Shown here one piece after another: positions 29,626-40,954 of a stretch of 64,000 nt of DNA (position 1 is its first letter; each line of letters begins with the position of its first letter). The DNA is from Synechococcus sp. (GTDB lineage Bacteria; Cyanobacteriota; Cyanobacteriia; PCC-6307; Cyanobiaceae): contig JBJBDC010000001.1 of assembly GCA_047285535.1 (NCBI GenBank), forward strand, positions 2,961,340-3,025,339. The letters run 5' to 3'. The notes under the pieces were generated by a model. The model did not search any database. It saw nothing but the letters and a program-made list of their open reading frames with translations, and was not told the DNA's origin. Position numbers and translations under genes: made by a program.

Positions 29626-30156
29626 TTATTTGTTGAATAATACTTTCCGGACATCCTTGAGCAACGACGAGAGATCTTCGTCAGATAATAGACCTGCTTG
29701 ATGAAGCGTTGTGGCTAATTCGATTTTTTTGTTTGCAATAGACAATTCATAAGCTTTGTCACAATTACGAGCATTTCTAGTGTGCAGAGGAATGGTAATT
29801 GCAGCTCCAAAGGCATAACCACCTCCCAAGCCTGAAAAATTTTTACCTATTACTGAATTTTGAATCACTTCGTCTTTGCGCTCAGAAGAACCACCATAAA
29901 GATTAAAAGTCGCTGGAGTCCCATCATGACTGGAACATCGAGTCCCATCAGGAAGGTCAACCTCAAATCGTGCGCCTTGTAAATTTTGGATTGTCAATCC
30001 TGTCAAATCTCCCAAGGGTAATTCGTCTATCGGAGAAAATTCCACCTGCGCTTGCGCAGAATGCGTTGATAACAAGAACGCGTTAGCACAGTTAATTGTG
30101 AGCCAGAGGATGAGGCAGAATTTTTTGGCGTGCCTTTTTCGCGGATGCAAATCCAT
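29626..30156 (-). CDS. Secreted hypothetical protein, last gene of the fimbrial-like operon
   Basis: Signal peptide ending SAQA; two Cys (GTRCS, RNCD); amphipathic strands TFNLYGG and YAFGAAITIPL; helical C-terminus. Confidence 0.7.
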   Translation of the reverse strand: MDLHPRKRHAKKFCLILWLTINCANAFLLSTHSAQAQVEFSPIDELPLGDLTGLTIQNLQGARFEVDLPDGTRCSSHDGTPATFNLYGGSSERKDEVIQNSVIGKNFSGLGGGYAFGAAITIPLHTRNARNCDKAYELSIANKKIELATTLHQAGLLSDEDLSSLLKDVRKVLFNK

Positions 30157-30440
30157 AATGGACCAGGTTTGAGAGAGGATGTAGGAATACTCAGCAGAAC
30201 TCGCCTTGCTCGATTATCACGTAAGAAAAGTTTGGGCGGACTCACGCGTACATCTTGAATTTTCTCGCCGGGGGTATCTCTCTCTGAATTTTTAAATGCA
30301 TCAACAAGGTATTCACCTGGTTTTGAGTCCACTAAAAATGCCTGAGTACGAACAACAACCCGAGAGCCCAAGCCCGGGGTGATCACTTTATTGTTAGGGG
30401 TGAGCCCTAATGCCGCTGCAAAAAAGAGAGATGAAAGCAT
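30027..30440 (-). CDS. Putative single-domain fimbrial chaperone (PapD_N-like)
   Basis: LGLTP start of the mature part; VRVSPPKLFLRDNRARRVLLSI resembles the chaperone xSPxxFxL...xRV strand; WICI...RSC Cys pair. Confidence 0.55.
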   Translation of the reverse strand: MLSSLFFAAALGLTPNNKVITPGLGSRVVVRTQAFLVDSKPGEYLVDAFKNSERDTPGEKIQDVRVSPPKLFLRDNRARRVLLSIPTSSLKPGPLWICIREKGTPKNSASSSGSQLTVLTRSCYQRILRKRRWNFLR

Positions 30441-30555
30441 TGATTGACAAGTATTTGGTAAAGGATTTATAGCGTGGGATCTCCGCGAATAGTCAAAATA
30501 AGCAGTGAAAGCTTTGCTTTGGCCTCGACAAGTTGATTCACTATTTGTTTCATGA

Positions 30556-31113
30556 CTACGAACCCAAGCTTGTCAGTACTACGTCAAATTGATATCCTAC
30601 AAACGGATAAAAATTTTTCACGTTCGCTGAGACAGTCAGAGTGATGTCGTTTTGTTGCCCCACAGTGTAACTATGTGCGATCAACTTGGAACTTGGGATA
30701 GACATAGTCACATCAGGATCCTTAGTCAGCTGGTTCGATGTGACATACTGAATGTATTGATTGGTTGCCATAGAACGGACCCAGACCCCTCGAAAGCTCG
30801 CAGGATGAGGTTGTAGCACAGATTGAAGTCTTACATCTAATCGTGGGACCTTATTCGATTCAATCGATATCGGCTCAGATGTACCCATCATTCGCCCAGT
30901 TCCTCCGCTTCCACGGTGATCGTTATTGCGTGTATATGACATTTCTACATTATTGTCACAGTCACCTGTATATGAGCATGTAAACGGAACAGTGCCCGAA
31001 AATGTCGTTGTATTTTCTGCAGCTAAACCAATCTTGATCTCAAAGCACATCAGCAACAGCATTAGCAGTGTAATGCCCGTGTTTGGGGGTGAATTTGGGC
31101 TCCACGCTGTCAA
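30556..31113 (-). CDS. Fimbrial-like subunit (minor), paralog of 31340-31816
   Basis: Signal peptide, TTTFSGTVPFTCSY, C-terminal GYQFDVVLT. Confidence 0.65.
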   Translation of the reverse strand: MTAWSPNSPPNTGITLLMLLLMCFEIKIGLAAENTTTFSGTVPFTCSYTGDCDNNVEMSYTRNNDHRGSGGTGRMMGTSEPISIESNKVPRLDVRLQSVLQPHPASFRGVWVRSMATNQYIQYVTSNQLTKDPDVTMSIPSSKLIAHSYTVGQQNDITLTVSANVKNFYPFVGYQFDVVLTSLGS

Positions 31114-31286
31114 ATGTTCATAAGGGATGGACTCTTGCTGATGAACCTCGATCGGCTTGAGACTATAACTTGTTAACTTCTTGAAAAGCCAATAAAGAAG
31201 TTGTGTTGACCGGGTTGTTGGTTATTAGCTGTTTAATATGATCGAAATTGAGAGTCTTTGCTAAAAAATATAGGAATGATCCTGAG

Positions 31287-31337
31287 GAAAGCCACCCATT
31301 AACGATAAAATTTATTTATCGTTAATGGGTGGCTTTC
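31287..31337 (-). terminator. 23-bp perfect hairpin after the major subunit gene
   Basis: GAAAGCCACCCATTAACGATAAA / TTTATCGTTAATGGGTGGCTTTC with a 5-nt loop, 2 nt past the stop codon. Confidence 0.8.
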
Positions 31338-31339
31338 AA

Positions 31340-31816
31340 TTATGAGAAAGTAGTTGTAAGTACAACTTCGTACGAATAATTTCCGGGAATACTTGCATCT
31401 CCAACATCTAGTGTAATAGTGACAGCGTTTGTTCCACCAGAATTGCTAAGATCTACTGTTTCTGATTCTTCTGAACCACTTTCGGTAAGTATTTGACCAG
31501 CACTATTTTTCAAGGTTGCTAAGTTGGTCGTGGTCGTTGGATTTGAAGTTCCTGGAGTCACTGCACTCAAAGATACGTCGGCTCCTGTGTTGCAACTAAT
31601 CGAAATAGGTTGAGATACACCATTGAAACTGCCGTTGAAAGCAGCGTTGTAATCCATAGGCACAGTTTGGCTCGATCCACCTGAATAGCTGCAAGTTCCA
31701 GGAACTGTTCCTACAAATGTGGTCGTGTCATTGATCGTTGCTGCGAGAGCGGCCGCGGGAAGGAGGCCAAGTCCAATGGCTTGGATTGCCGCGATGGAAA
31801 TACGTTGGAGATTCAT
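31340..31816 (-). CDS. Fimbrial-like major subunit (Csu/spore-coat-U-like pattern)
   Basis: Sec signal ending AALA; TTTFVGTVPGTCS; ISISCN; C-terminal PGNYSYEVVLTTTF. Confidence 0.7.
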   Translation of the reverse strand: MNLQRISIAAIQAIGLGLLPAAALAATINDTTTFVGTVPGTCSYSGGSSQTVPMDYNAAFNGSFNGVSQPISISCNTGADVSLSAVTPGTSNPTTTTNLATLKNSAGQILTESGSEESETVDLSNSGGTNAVTITLDVGDASIPGNYSYEVVLTTTFS

Positions 31817-32168
31817 TAAATGAGTCCTGTTGCTTCACCAGTTTGGCTTTCTGAGAATCTCCTGAGTGACTTTGTGGCCATTCCCTCCTTTGGTAAGCCA
31901 TAGCAGCAACCGCAGGGCCTTTCTTCCTAAACAAATAGGTTCAAAGGTTTGAACATTTGGGCTCATTGGTTTGGTCTGGTTAAGGGCTGAAGCGGGAGAG
32001 CAAGGACTGGTGTCTCCTGGATGCCCAAAAAAGGGGGGCAGGATTTGTGCTGAGTCGGGTGCCACGCTTCAAGAACCTGAACCCGAACCAGTGCTGACAG
32101 GTGACCTGTTCATCCATTTCTTGTTTGATCCAGTGGAGGCGACGCGTTGATGCCAAGGCACAACACCC

Positions 32169-32348
32169 CTGCACTCTGTTTCCTTGGCTCCCAGGGGTGC
32201 ATGATCTGGTTTGGGTGATGTCATCAACCCCTGCCGATAAATGAAGGCAGGAACGTTCCCCAAGCAGATCTCATTTGGTGCTAACACCGTCGTCTGGCTG
32301 GACGCGGCTATCACCGGTTGGATGGAAGGCCAGATAGCCAGGCGATGA
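32169..32348 (+). pseudogene. Degenerate AlpA-family excisionase/regulator
   Basis: 32241-32348 reads MKAGTFPKQISFGANTVVWLDAAITGWMEGQIARR, the AlpA C-terminal half; the upstream FL/LPGVHDLV segment is out of frame. Confidence 0.7.
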
Positions 32349-32354
32349 GCGCGT

Positions 32355-32387
32355 AGGAAGAGCACTCTTCGGTGCTCTTCCTTTTTT
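32355..32387 (+). terminator. Rho-independent terminator
   Basis: AGGAAGAGCAC / GTGCTCTTCCT stem followed by a T run. Confidence 0.75.
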
Positions 32388-32931
32388 GTGCCTGCCTGAA
32401 ATCGTCCAGGGCATTGCCCTTCGTGAATTGGACGAAGGGGGCACCCGTACTCCTGATGGCGGTTGTCCCCGTATTCAGATCCCTGGTCTTGTCCGAAGGT
32501 GGGATTGTTGAGCAGTTCATGAGGGCATGGGACCTTTGGGGTTGAGCACCCAAGGGTCTTTTTCTTTCAGATGCTTTGTTCTGACTGCTGTGTCAGGGGG
32601 GCATTGCACTCGTCACGACATCCTCAGTACTGCAGGGGGCTCAAAACGATCTGGAACTAACGCTCAGACCGTCGCCTGCTCATTTCAAGTGAAATCGATT
32701 GATATCTTCTCCCTTTTTCTATAGGTGATTGGTTGGGTTGAGTTGCTATTGCTGATTGAATTTAAAGTGCTTTTTGCTTTTAAGTACTTCTGGTTGATGA
32801 TGGTGCTGAGGCATAAGTGTCTTATTGTCTTGCTTATTTCTTTTTGAGAACTCTTTGCTTTTTGTTGATGTGTTTTGTATTGATTTGAGGAGTGTCGCGC
32901 GCCGTAGTAAGGAATGTTTTTCCCTTATGCA

Positions 32932-33189
32932 TTAAGAATGAAAGAGGAGTACTAAGCCTTCTTTGACTTGATGAAATTCTCTCTCTTCCCTGCTTAAATC
33001 CAGCCCCACCTCCAGACCTTCTTTGATGGCTTCTTCAAATGGTGGAGTCGTGGGTGAGGACTCTGCTTGCCATAACGCAGCGATTCCGATTGAGGTGGCG
33101 TGCCATCTGAAGTTTCCTGTTGCTCCAATTGAGGGCTCTTGTAGGGCCTCTTCGAGCATGGTGCTGATGGGAGTATGAGTTAAAGCCAT
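32932..33189 (-). CDS. Conserved-type hypothetical protein
   Basis: 85 aa; FRWHAT...GLEVGLDLSREEREFHQ. Confidence 0.7.
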   Translation of the reverse strand: MALTHTPISTMLEEALQEPSIGATGNFRWHATSIGIAALWQAESSPTTPPFEEAIKEGLEVGLDLSREEREFHQVKEGLVLLFHS

Positions 33190-33401
33190 GCCCTAGCTTC
33201 GGAATTCTTTCCTCTTGATGCAATTGGCTGAGAGACTTCTTGATCTGTTCTTGTCAGCAAATGCTGTTTCTGGCTTGGAGATGTTTGGAGTGGTCGTACG
33301 GCAGCCAGCTGTTTTCCCTGTGCCGTTGGGGTCACTGGACCCATTAATCTATGAATGGTGTTGTCTTGCTGTTCAGTGGAGTGAGGCTGAAGAGACTTTG
33401 G

Positions 33402-34156
33402 ATGCAAGTGAGTCTTCGTCGCACTCCATTTCAGGCAGCTGGAATCAGTTCGAGTCGGAGGGCTACAAGACGTCACGTTGAGTTGTTGTCGGCGCCGCCT
33501 TCTGTGCTGAAGTCTGTGGCTTTGGTTCGACAACAGAGCAAGTTAGGCCGTTCGCTCAAGCGGGGTGGTGATATTGCTTTTTCACTTTTGGTTCTAGGCC
33601 TTGGATCTCCTGTTTTTGTGCTGATTGCCTTTTTGGTTGCTTTGAGCTCCCCTGGTCCTGTTTTTTACACTCAACAGCGGGTTGGACGGGGCTATCGCAG
33701 ATTTGGTTGCATCAAATTTCGAACCATGCGGGTCGATGCAGATGCCGTCCTTCAACGAGTCTTGTCTAAGTCTCCAGAGTTGCGTGCAGAATATGAGCGG
33801 GATTTCAAACTTCGCCAAGACCCTCGAATTACCCCAATCGGTCGATTCCTGCGTCGATCAAGTCTGGACGAACTTCCTCAGTTCTTCAATGTTTTGCAGG
33901 GTGAAATGAGTGTTGTAGGACCTCGTCCGATTGTGAATAAAGAGATTCAGCGTTATGGCCCCTATATGGATGAAGTCTTGGCTGTTCGCCCTGGACTCAC
34001 CGGGTTGTGGCAGGTGAGCGGTAGGAATAATCTGAGCTATGACAAGCGGGTGAAACTTGATCTGGCCTACTCGAGAGGGCGTTCATTTATTCTTGATTTG
34101 GCCATTATTTTGCGCACGTTTGGTGTGTTGCTGCTGCCTATGGATCGTGGTGCTTA

Positions 34157-34160
<4 letters not shown>
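33402..34160 (+). CDS. Polyprenyl-phosphate sugar phosphotransferase (WcaJ/WbaP family)
   Basis: KFRTM, DPRITPIGRFLRRSSLDELPQ, GPRP, PGLTGLWQVSGR. Confidence 0.93.
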
Positions 34161-36174
<2,014 letters not shown>

Positions 36175-36197
36175 TTACGGATGGGCCGGATCGACCC

Positions 36198-36800
36198 TCA
36201 GGCCTCGTTGGGATGAGAAATCACCCGATCGATTAAGCCATAATCTTTCGCTTCTTCTGCACTCAGGAAATAATCGCGGTCGGTATCTTTTTCAATTTTT
36301 TCATAGCTTTGTCCGGTCATGTCAGACATGGAGCGGTTGAGCATTTCCTTCATCCGCAAAATTTCCTTCGCTTCGATCTCAATATCGCTTGCCTGGCGTT
36401 TTGCAGTGCCTCCCATCGGCTGGTGGATCATGATCCGGCTGTGGGGCAGGGCTAAGCGCTTGCCTTTGGTCCCTGCCGTCAGCAAGAAAGCACCCATGGA
36501 AGCGGCGAGTCCAACACAGATGGTCACGACGTCACTTTTGACATATTGCATGGTGTCGTAGATCGCCAAACCAGCGGTCACTGATCCACCCGGGGAGTTG
36601 ATGTAGAGATAAATCGGTTTGCTGCTGTCTTCCGAATCCAGATAAAGCATCTGGGCCACAAGGCTGTTGGCGACTCCATCATTCACTTCCTGGCCGAGAA
36701 ATAAAATTCTTTCGACTCCGAGACGGGTGTAGATGTCGACCCACCTCTCCATTTGGCTTCCAGGAAGGCGGTAGGGAACGCTGGGGGTACCGATCGGCAT
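36198..36800 (-). CDS. clpP: ATP-dependent Clp protease proteolytic subunit (ClpP3 type)
   Basis: [21 protein letters not shown]. Confidence 0.96.
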   Translation of the reverse strand: MPIGTPSVPYRLPGSQMERWVDIYTRLGVERILFLGQEVNDGVANSLVAQMLYLDSEDSSKPIYLYINSPGGSVTAGLAIYDTMQYVKSDVVTICVGLAASMGAFLLTAGTKGKRLALPHSRIMIHQPMGGTAKRQASDIEIEAKEILRMKEMLNRSMSDMTGQSYEKIEKDTDRDYFLSAEEAKDYGLIDRVISHPNEA

Positions 36801-36893
36801 AGGTTGTTAGGAGAGAAGTGCAATGAAAAAGGTGAGGCTGTTCATCACTCGTGATTGTGAACAACCTTTGGCTGACGAAGCAGCGAGGATGAA

Positions 36894-37559
36894 TTAACTC
36901 ACGTCTGCAGCTAACTCCTTGCGGCTCTTCAAGACCCTGTCAATGAGCCCGTAGCTCACCGCATCCTCAGGCGTTAAGTAACTCATCCTGTCCGAGTCTT
37001 CGGAAAGCTCTTCAACGCTGCGCCCAGTGTTCTCCGAGAGGATTTCAAGCATGGCCCGTTTGTTGTGCAACACCTCCTTGGCACGGATCTGAATGTCTGT
37101 TGCCTGACCCCGCGCTCCACTGCGGGGCTGATGCAAAACAATCGAGGAATGGGGTAAGGCTGCTCTCTGACCTTTTGTACCTGCCGAGAGGATGACGGCA
37201 GCTGTTCCCATCGCCTGACCTATACAAATGGTGTGCACGGGGGGCTTCACATAGCGAAGCGTGTCGCAGATAGCAAAAGCTTCAGTTTCAAAGCCAATGG
37301 ACTCGCCTGAATACCAACTGGTTCCAGTGGAGTTGATATAGAAATAAATGGGCTTATCTGGATTGTCGAATTCCAAAAACAGCAGTTGGGCAATGATCAG
37401 CTCGGTGACGTCAAGTCCGAGCTGCCGCTTGGTGTCTCCATCGGAGAACAGGGGGAGACCCAAATAGACAATTCTCTCTTTCAGCATTAATGAGGGCAAA
37501 TCGGGCGGTGGAGTGCGCATCACGCCCGTGTCGCCGTAATAAGGCGCTGATGTGGTCAT
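36894..37559 (-). CDS. clpR: Non-catalytic Clp subunit ClpR
   Basis: PPPDLPSL, YINSTG; catalytic Ser replaced (AMGTAA); upstream of clpP. Confidence 0.9.
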   Translation of the reverse strand: MTTSAPYYGDTGVMRTPPPDLPSLMLKERIVYLGLPLFSDGDTKRQLGLDVTELIIAQLLFLEFDNPDKPIYFYINSTGTSWYSGESIGFETEAFAICDTLRYVKPPVHTICIGQAMGTAAVILSAGTKGQRAALPHSSIVLHQPRSGARGQATDIQIRAKEVLHNKRAMLEILSENTGRSVEELSEDSDRMSYLTPEDAVSYGLIDRVLKSRKELAADVS

Positions 37560-37598
37560 TCGTCTAATGAGCCCTGTCGTAGAGGGAGCCTAGCGGGG

Positions 37599-38747
37599 TC
37601 AAGTGGATGGCTGCTCCTTCGGGGTGTCAGTACGAGGAGACTTGGTCTTGCTGCTCTTGCTACTTCGAGTGTTCCGTTGGCCATTTTTGTCGCGACGAGC
37701 AAACACCATGCGCCCTGTTGGGGTCTGTAAAGCTCCAGTGACGACGACGGGTTGTCGAGATCCGATCCATGAGCGTCCTTCTTCGACGACCACCATTGTT
37801 CCGTCTTCGAGATAGCCCACTCCTTGGCTTTCTTCTTTGCCTTCTCGCACGATTTTGAGTAGCAGCTCATCACCGGGTTGAACCTCTGGGCGCAGGGCGA
37901 TCACCAATTCGCTCAGATTCATCACTTTGATTTCCTTGACCTCCGCAACCTGGGCCAAGTTGAAATCAGCGGTCACGAGTGTTCCGCCGGTGTCTGCGGC
38001 AAGACGCAGGAGCCGATCATCGGTTCCAGGTCCCTCGTAACGGGTGCTGTTAATGACCAGTCGTCGTCCATAGGTGTCGCGCAGATCTCGTAAAAGCTTG
38101 AGTCCACGGCGGCCTTTCGCTCGCTTCTCCAAATTGGAAGAGTCAGCCAGCTTTTGCATTTCGTCGATCACTGTTTGAGCGACAATCGCCTGGCCTTCCA
38201 GCAGACCGCAGGCCATCATTCCGCGAATGCGTCCATCAATGATCACGCTGGTATCAAGGATTTTGGGTGTGGCCGGTGTGAGCACACCATCCGCCACCAG
38301 CAAGGCTTCTGTGCTTGTCGGGTTGAAAAGGCGCAGAAGAGTGCGTCCGTGCACCTCGGCAAGGTTGTAACCAAGCACTCCAAAAAACACATTGCTGAGA
38401 ACTGCGGACAGAGGTTTGACCAGCGTCACCCCGCCGCTCAGCGGCAGCAGCAGGATGGGTGCAAGCAATAAGTTCGCGACCAACAAACCAAGAATCAAGC
38501 CCACCGATCGGCTGATCAGTAAATCGGTGGGCATCGTGCGGACCTGCTGCATGAGTTGCAGGCGCAGACGTTTAAACACAAGACCGGCAAGCGCACCAAC
38601 CCCGGTGCCGATGCCGGTGAGCACGAGCCGAACAGGTTGGACATCAGTGAAATCTTCCAGCATCTCCTGGGGAAGGAGATGAATACCCATCCAGCCAGTG
38701 GCTCCACCGGAGATCAGAAACAGGACCAGGATGAGAACTTCCACCAT
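37599..38747 (-). CDS. Membrane PIN/TRAM-domain protein (Ycf81/YacL-like)
   Basis: LDTSVIIDGRI, GRRGL, GVGYLEDGTMVVVE. Confidence 0.92.
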   Translation of the reverse strand: MVEVLILVLFLISGGATGWMGIHLLPQEMLEDFTDVQPVRLVLTGIGTGVGALAGLVFKRLRLQLMQQVRTMPTDLLISRSVGLILGLLVANLLLAPILLLPLSGGVTLVKPLSAVLSNVFFGVLGYNLAEVHGRTLLRLFNPTSTEALLVADGVLTPATPKILDTSVIIDGRIRGMMACGLLEGQAIVAQTVIDEMQKLADSSNLEKRAKGRRGLKLLRDLRDTYGRRLVINSTRYEGPGTDDRLLRLAADTGGTLVTADFNLAQVAEVKEIKVMNLSELVIALRPEVQPGDELLLKIVREGKEESQGVGYLEDGTMVVVEEGRSWIGSRQPVVVTGALQTPTGRMVFARRDKNGQRNTRSSKSSKTKSPRTDTPKEQPST

Positions 38748-38818
38748 GGCGATAAGTCGTGGCCGTTCATTCCGTGTCTTGGCAGCATGCCCCATCTTCC
38801 GTTGCTCTGCCTGTTCAG

Positions 38819-40057
38819 ATGACCGGATCTGCACCTCGCAGCGCCTATCTCCATATTCCCTTTTGCCATCGGCGATGCTTCTACTGCGATTTCGCTGTTG
38901 TACCTCTTGGTGATCGTGCCGATGCTTTTGGAGGGGCAGGTAGCGCCTCGATCGAGGCCTATTTGGAGCAACTCAAGGCAGAAATAGCCCTCTCTCCGAA
39001 AGGCCCTGCCCTGGCCACCATTTATGTGGGTGGAGGCACACCATCGCTCCTTCGGCCCGATCAAATCGCTGCCTTGCTGCAGCAGCTCCGAACTCATTTC
39101 GGAGTCCAGAGCGGTGCCGAAATAACGCTGGAAATGGATCCCGCGACATTTAACTCTGCAGATCTTCAAGCCCTCATCAGTGCTGGTGTCACACGAGTGA
39201 GTCTGGGAGGCCAGAGTTTTGATGACGTCAGGCTTGCCGCTATCGGCCGGCGTCATCGAAGGCAGGATGTGCTTGAAGCGTGCCATTGGCTGCAAATGGC
39301 GCTCCAGCTTGGAGAGTTGAGCAGCTGGAGCTTGGACTTGATCCGAAACCTCCCGGAACAAGATGATCAGGAATGGGAGGCGCAGCTGGAGCAGGCCGTT
39401 GCTTTGGACGTCCCCCATCTGTCGATCTACGACCTCAGTGTGGAGCCAGGCACCGTTTTTGCTTGGCGAGCAAAGCGAGGTGAACTGGTCCTGCCGGAGG
39501 AAGAGGCTGCAGCCGATCGCATTGCCTTGACCACCGGCAGGCTCCGACGTGCTGGCTATTGCCGGTATGAAATCTCAAATTTTGCTAGGCCCGGGCACGC
39601 GTCTAGACACAACCGCGTGTACTGGAGTGGTGCTGGATGGTGGGCTTTTGGGCTTGGGGCTACCAGTGCTCCCTGGGGGGAGCGTCTGGCTCGCCCCCGA
39701 ACCCGGGAGAGCTATGGCTCATGGCTGAAGGAGCAGCACGTTCAGCTTGATTCCAGCTTGCTCCAGGATGCCGCGGCCAGCATGCCGCTTGATGATCGTC
39801 TCCTCGTAGGACTTCGTTGTCATGAGGGCGTGGATCTGTTGGATCTTGCAAGATGCTGCGGCTGGAATGAATGGCGCTGCAGCCGTGATTTGCCTGGACT
39901 GGAAGCACGTTGGCAATCGTATGTGGCTCAAGGCCTGATGGAGCGCTTCGGTCGCCGCTGGCGCTTAAGCGATCCCAATGGCATGGCTCTTAGTAATCAG
40001 ATTCTTGTGGAGGTTGTGGAGTGGTGGGAGTCACTCCCTGATCCCGTTGATCCTTAA
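38819..40057 (+). CDS. hemW: Radical SAM heme chaperone HemW (HemN-like)
   Basis: [35 protein letters not shown]. Confidence 0.92.
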   Translation: MTGSAPRSAYLHIPFCHRRCFYCDFAVVPLGDRADAFGGAGSASIEAYLEQLKAEIALSPKGPALATIYVGGGTPSLLRPDQIAALLQQLRTHFGVQSGAEITLEMDPATFNSADLQALISAGVTRVSLGGQSFDDVRLAAIGRRHRRQDVLEACHWLQMALQLGELSSWSLDLIRNLPEQDDQEWEAQLEQAVALDVPHLSIYDLSVEPGTVFAWRAKRGELVLPEEEAAADRIALTTGRLRRAGYCRYEISNFARPGHASRHNRVYWSGAGWWAFGLGATSAPWGERLARPRTRESYGSWLKEQHVQLDSSLLQDAAASMPLDDRLLVGLRCHEGVDLLDLARCCGWNEWRCSRDLPGLEARWQSYVAQGLMERFGRRWRLSDPNGMALSNQILVEVVEWWESLPDPVDP

Positions 40058-40808
40058 GCCAACTTTTTAAGGCGGTGATGCTGAGTGCACGACCTTGCAT
40101 TCGAGCTGAAGTGAATGGCGGCTGGGTTGGCGTTAAGCCCAAGAGATCAGCGGTCACGCTGACCTGTCCGTCGCAATCGCTTCCCGCACCGATACCGATG
40201 ATCGGGATCGACAGGCTGCGACGCAGGTGTCCAGCAAGTTCGGAGGGCACATGCTCAACAACAAGAGCGAAACAACCGGCGTCTTGTAAGGCTTGCGCTT
40301 GCCGCTGCAGTTTGTCTTGGCTTCGTGGATCTTCGGCTTGTCGTTTGTACCCGAGTCGATGCACCGCCTGAGGTGTGAGTCCGAGATGTCCCATCACAGG
40401 AATCCCTAAGCGCACCAGCCGATCGACCACTGCGATCACCTCTGGCTCACCACTTTCAATTTTGACTGCTGCAGCATCCGACTCTTTGAGGATGGTGCCC
40501 GCAGCTGCGACGGCGCGATCGATGCCGCAGTGATAACTCAGAAACGGCAGATCACACACCACAAGAGGTTGCTGCGTAAGCGGTTTGGAAAGGCCACGGC
40601 ATACGGCCTGGCTGTGATGGAGCATTTGTTCAAGGGTCACCGGCAGGGTGGTGGAATGACCCAGTGCCACCATCGCGAGCGAATCACCGACCAGGACGAC
40701 GTCGGCTCCTGCTTCCTCCACCAAAGCAGCGCTAAGGCCATCCCATGCTGTGAGCATGGTGATCGCTCGTCCTGATTGCTTGAAGTGAATCAATTCAGCT
40801 GGGCGCAT
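39990..40808 (-). CDS. panB: 3-methyl-2-oxobutanoate hydroxymethyltransferase
   Basis: [27 protein letters not shown]. Confidence 0.96.
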   Translation of the reverse strand: MRPAELIHFKQSGRAITMLTAWDGLSAALVEEAGADVVLVGDSLAMVALGHSTTLPVTLEQMLHHSQAVCRGLSKPLTQQPLVVCDLPFLSYHCGIDRAVAAAGTILKESDAAAVKIESGEPEVIAVVDRLVRLGIPVMGHLGLTPQAVHRLGYKRQAEDPRSQDKLQRQAQALQDAGCFALVVEHVPSELAGHLRRSLSIPIIGIGAGSDCDGQVSVTADLLGLTPTQPPFTSARMQGRALSITALKSWLKDQRDQGVTPTTPQPPQESDY

Positions 40809-40850
40809 TCGCCCTTCCGCTATCAAAGAGATTCATTGCTAGCATTGCAT

Positions 40851-40948
40851 CGATTCGGATCCATGCGGTCCAGACGCCCAAACCTGGTCAGAACCGGAAG
40901 GGAGCAGCCACACGGGATGCTCTGGGCAGGCGTGGACTCCGGGTCACC
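40851..40948 (+). ncRNA. ffs: SRP (4.5S) RNA
   Basis: Domain IV motif GGTCAGAACCGGAAGGGAGCAGCC within a long hairpin (GATTCGGA...TCCGGGTC); between panB and ftsZ. Confidence 0.9.
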
Positions 40949-40954
40949 AATCGA

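Larger units (their letters stand above)
26500..32900. mobile_element. AT-rich genomic island downstream of tRNA-Ser
   Basis: Composition shift right after the tRNA, accessory genes and an alpA remnant; no integrase seen; boundaries approximate. Confidence 0.6.

Noticed and set aside
26500..32930. attR-type duplicate of the tRNA-Ser 3' end, or an integrase
   Set aside because: None found by eye, so the island is not called an intact mobile element
38714..39418. 234-aa minus-strand ORF
   Set aside because: Antisense to hemW
39990..40057. Convergent overlap of hemW and panB
   Set aside because: Short 3' overlaps are common in compact picocyanobacterial genomes
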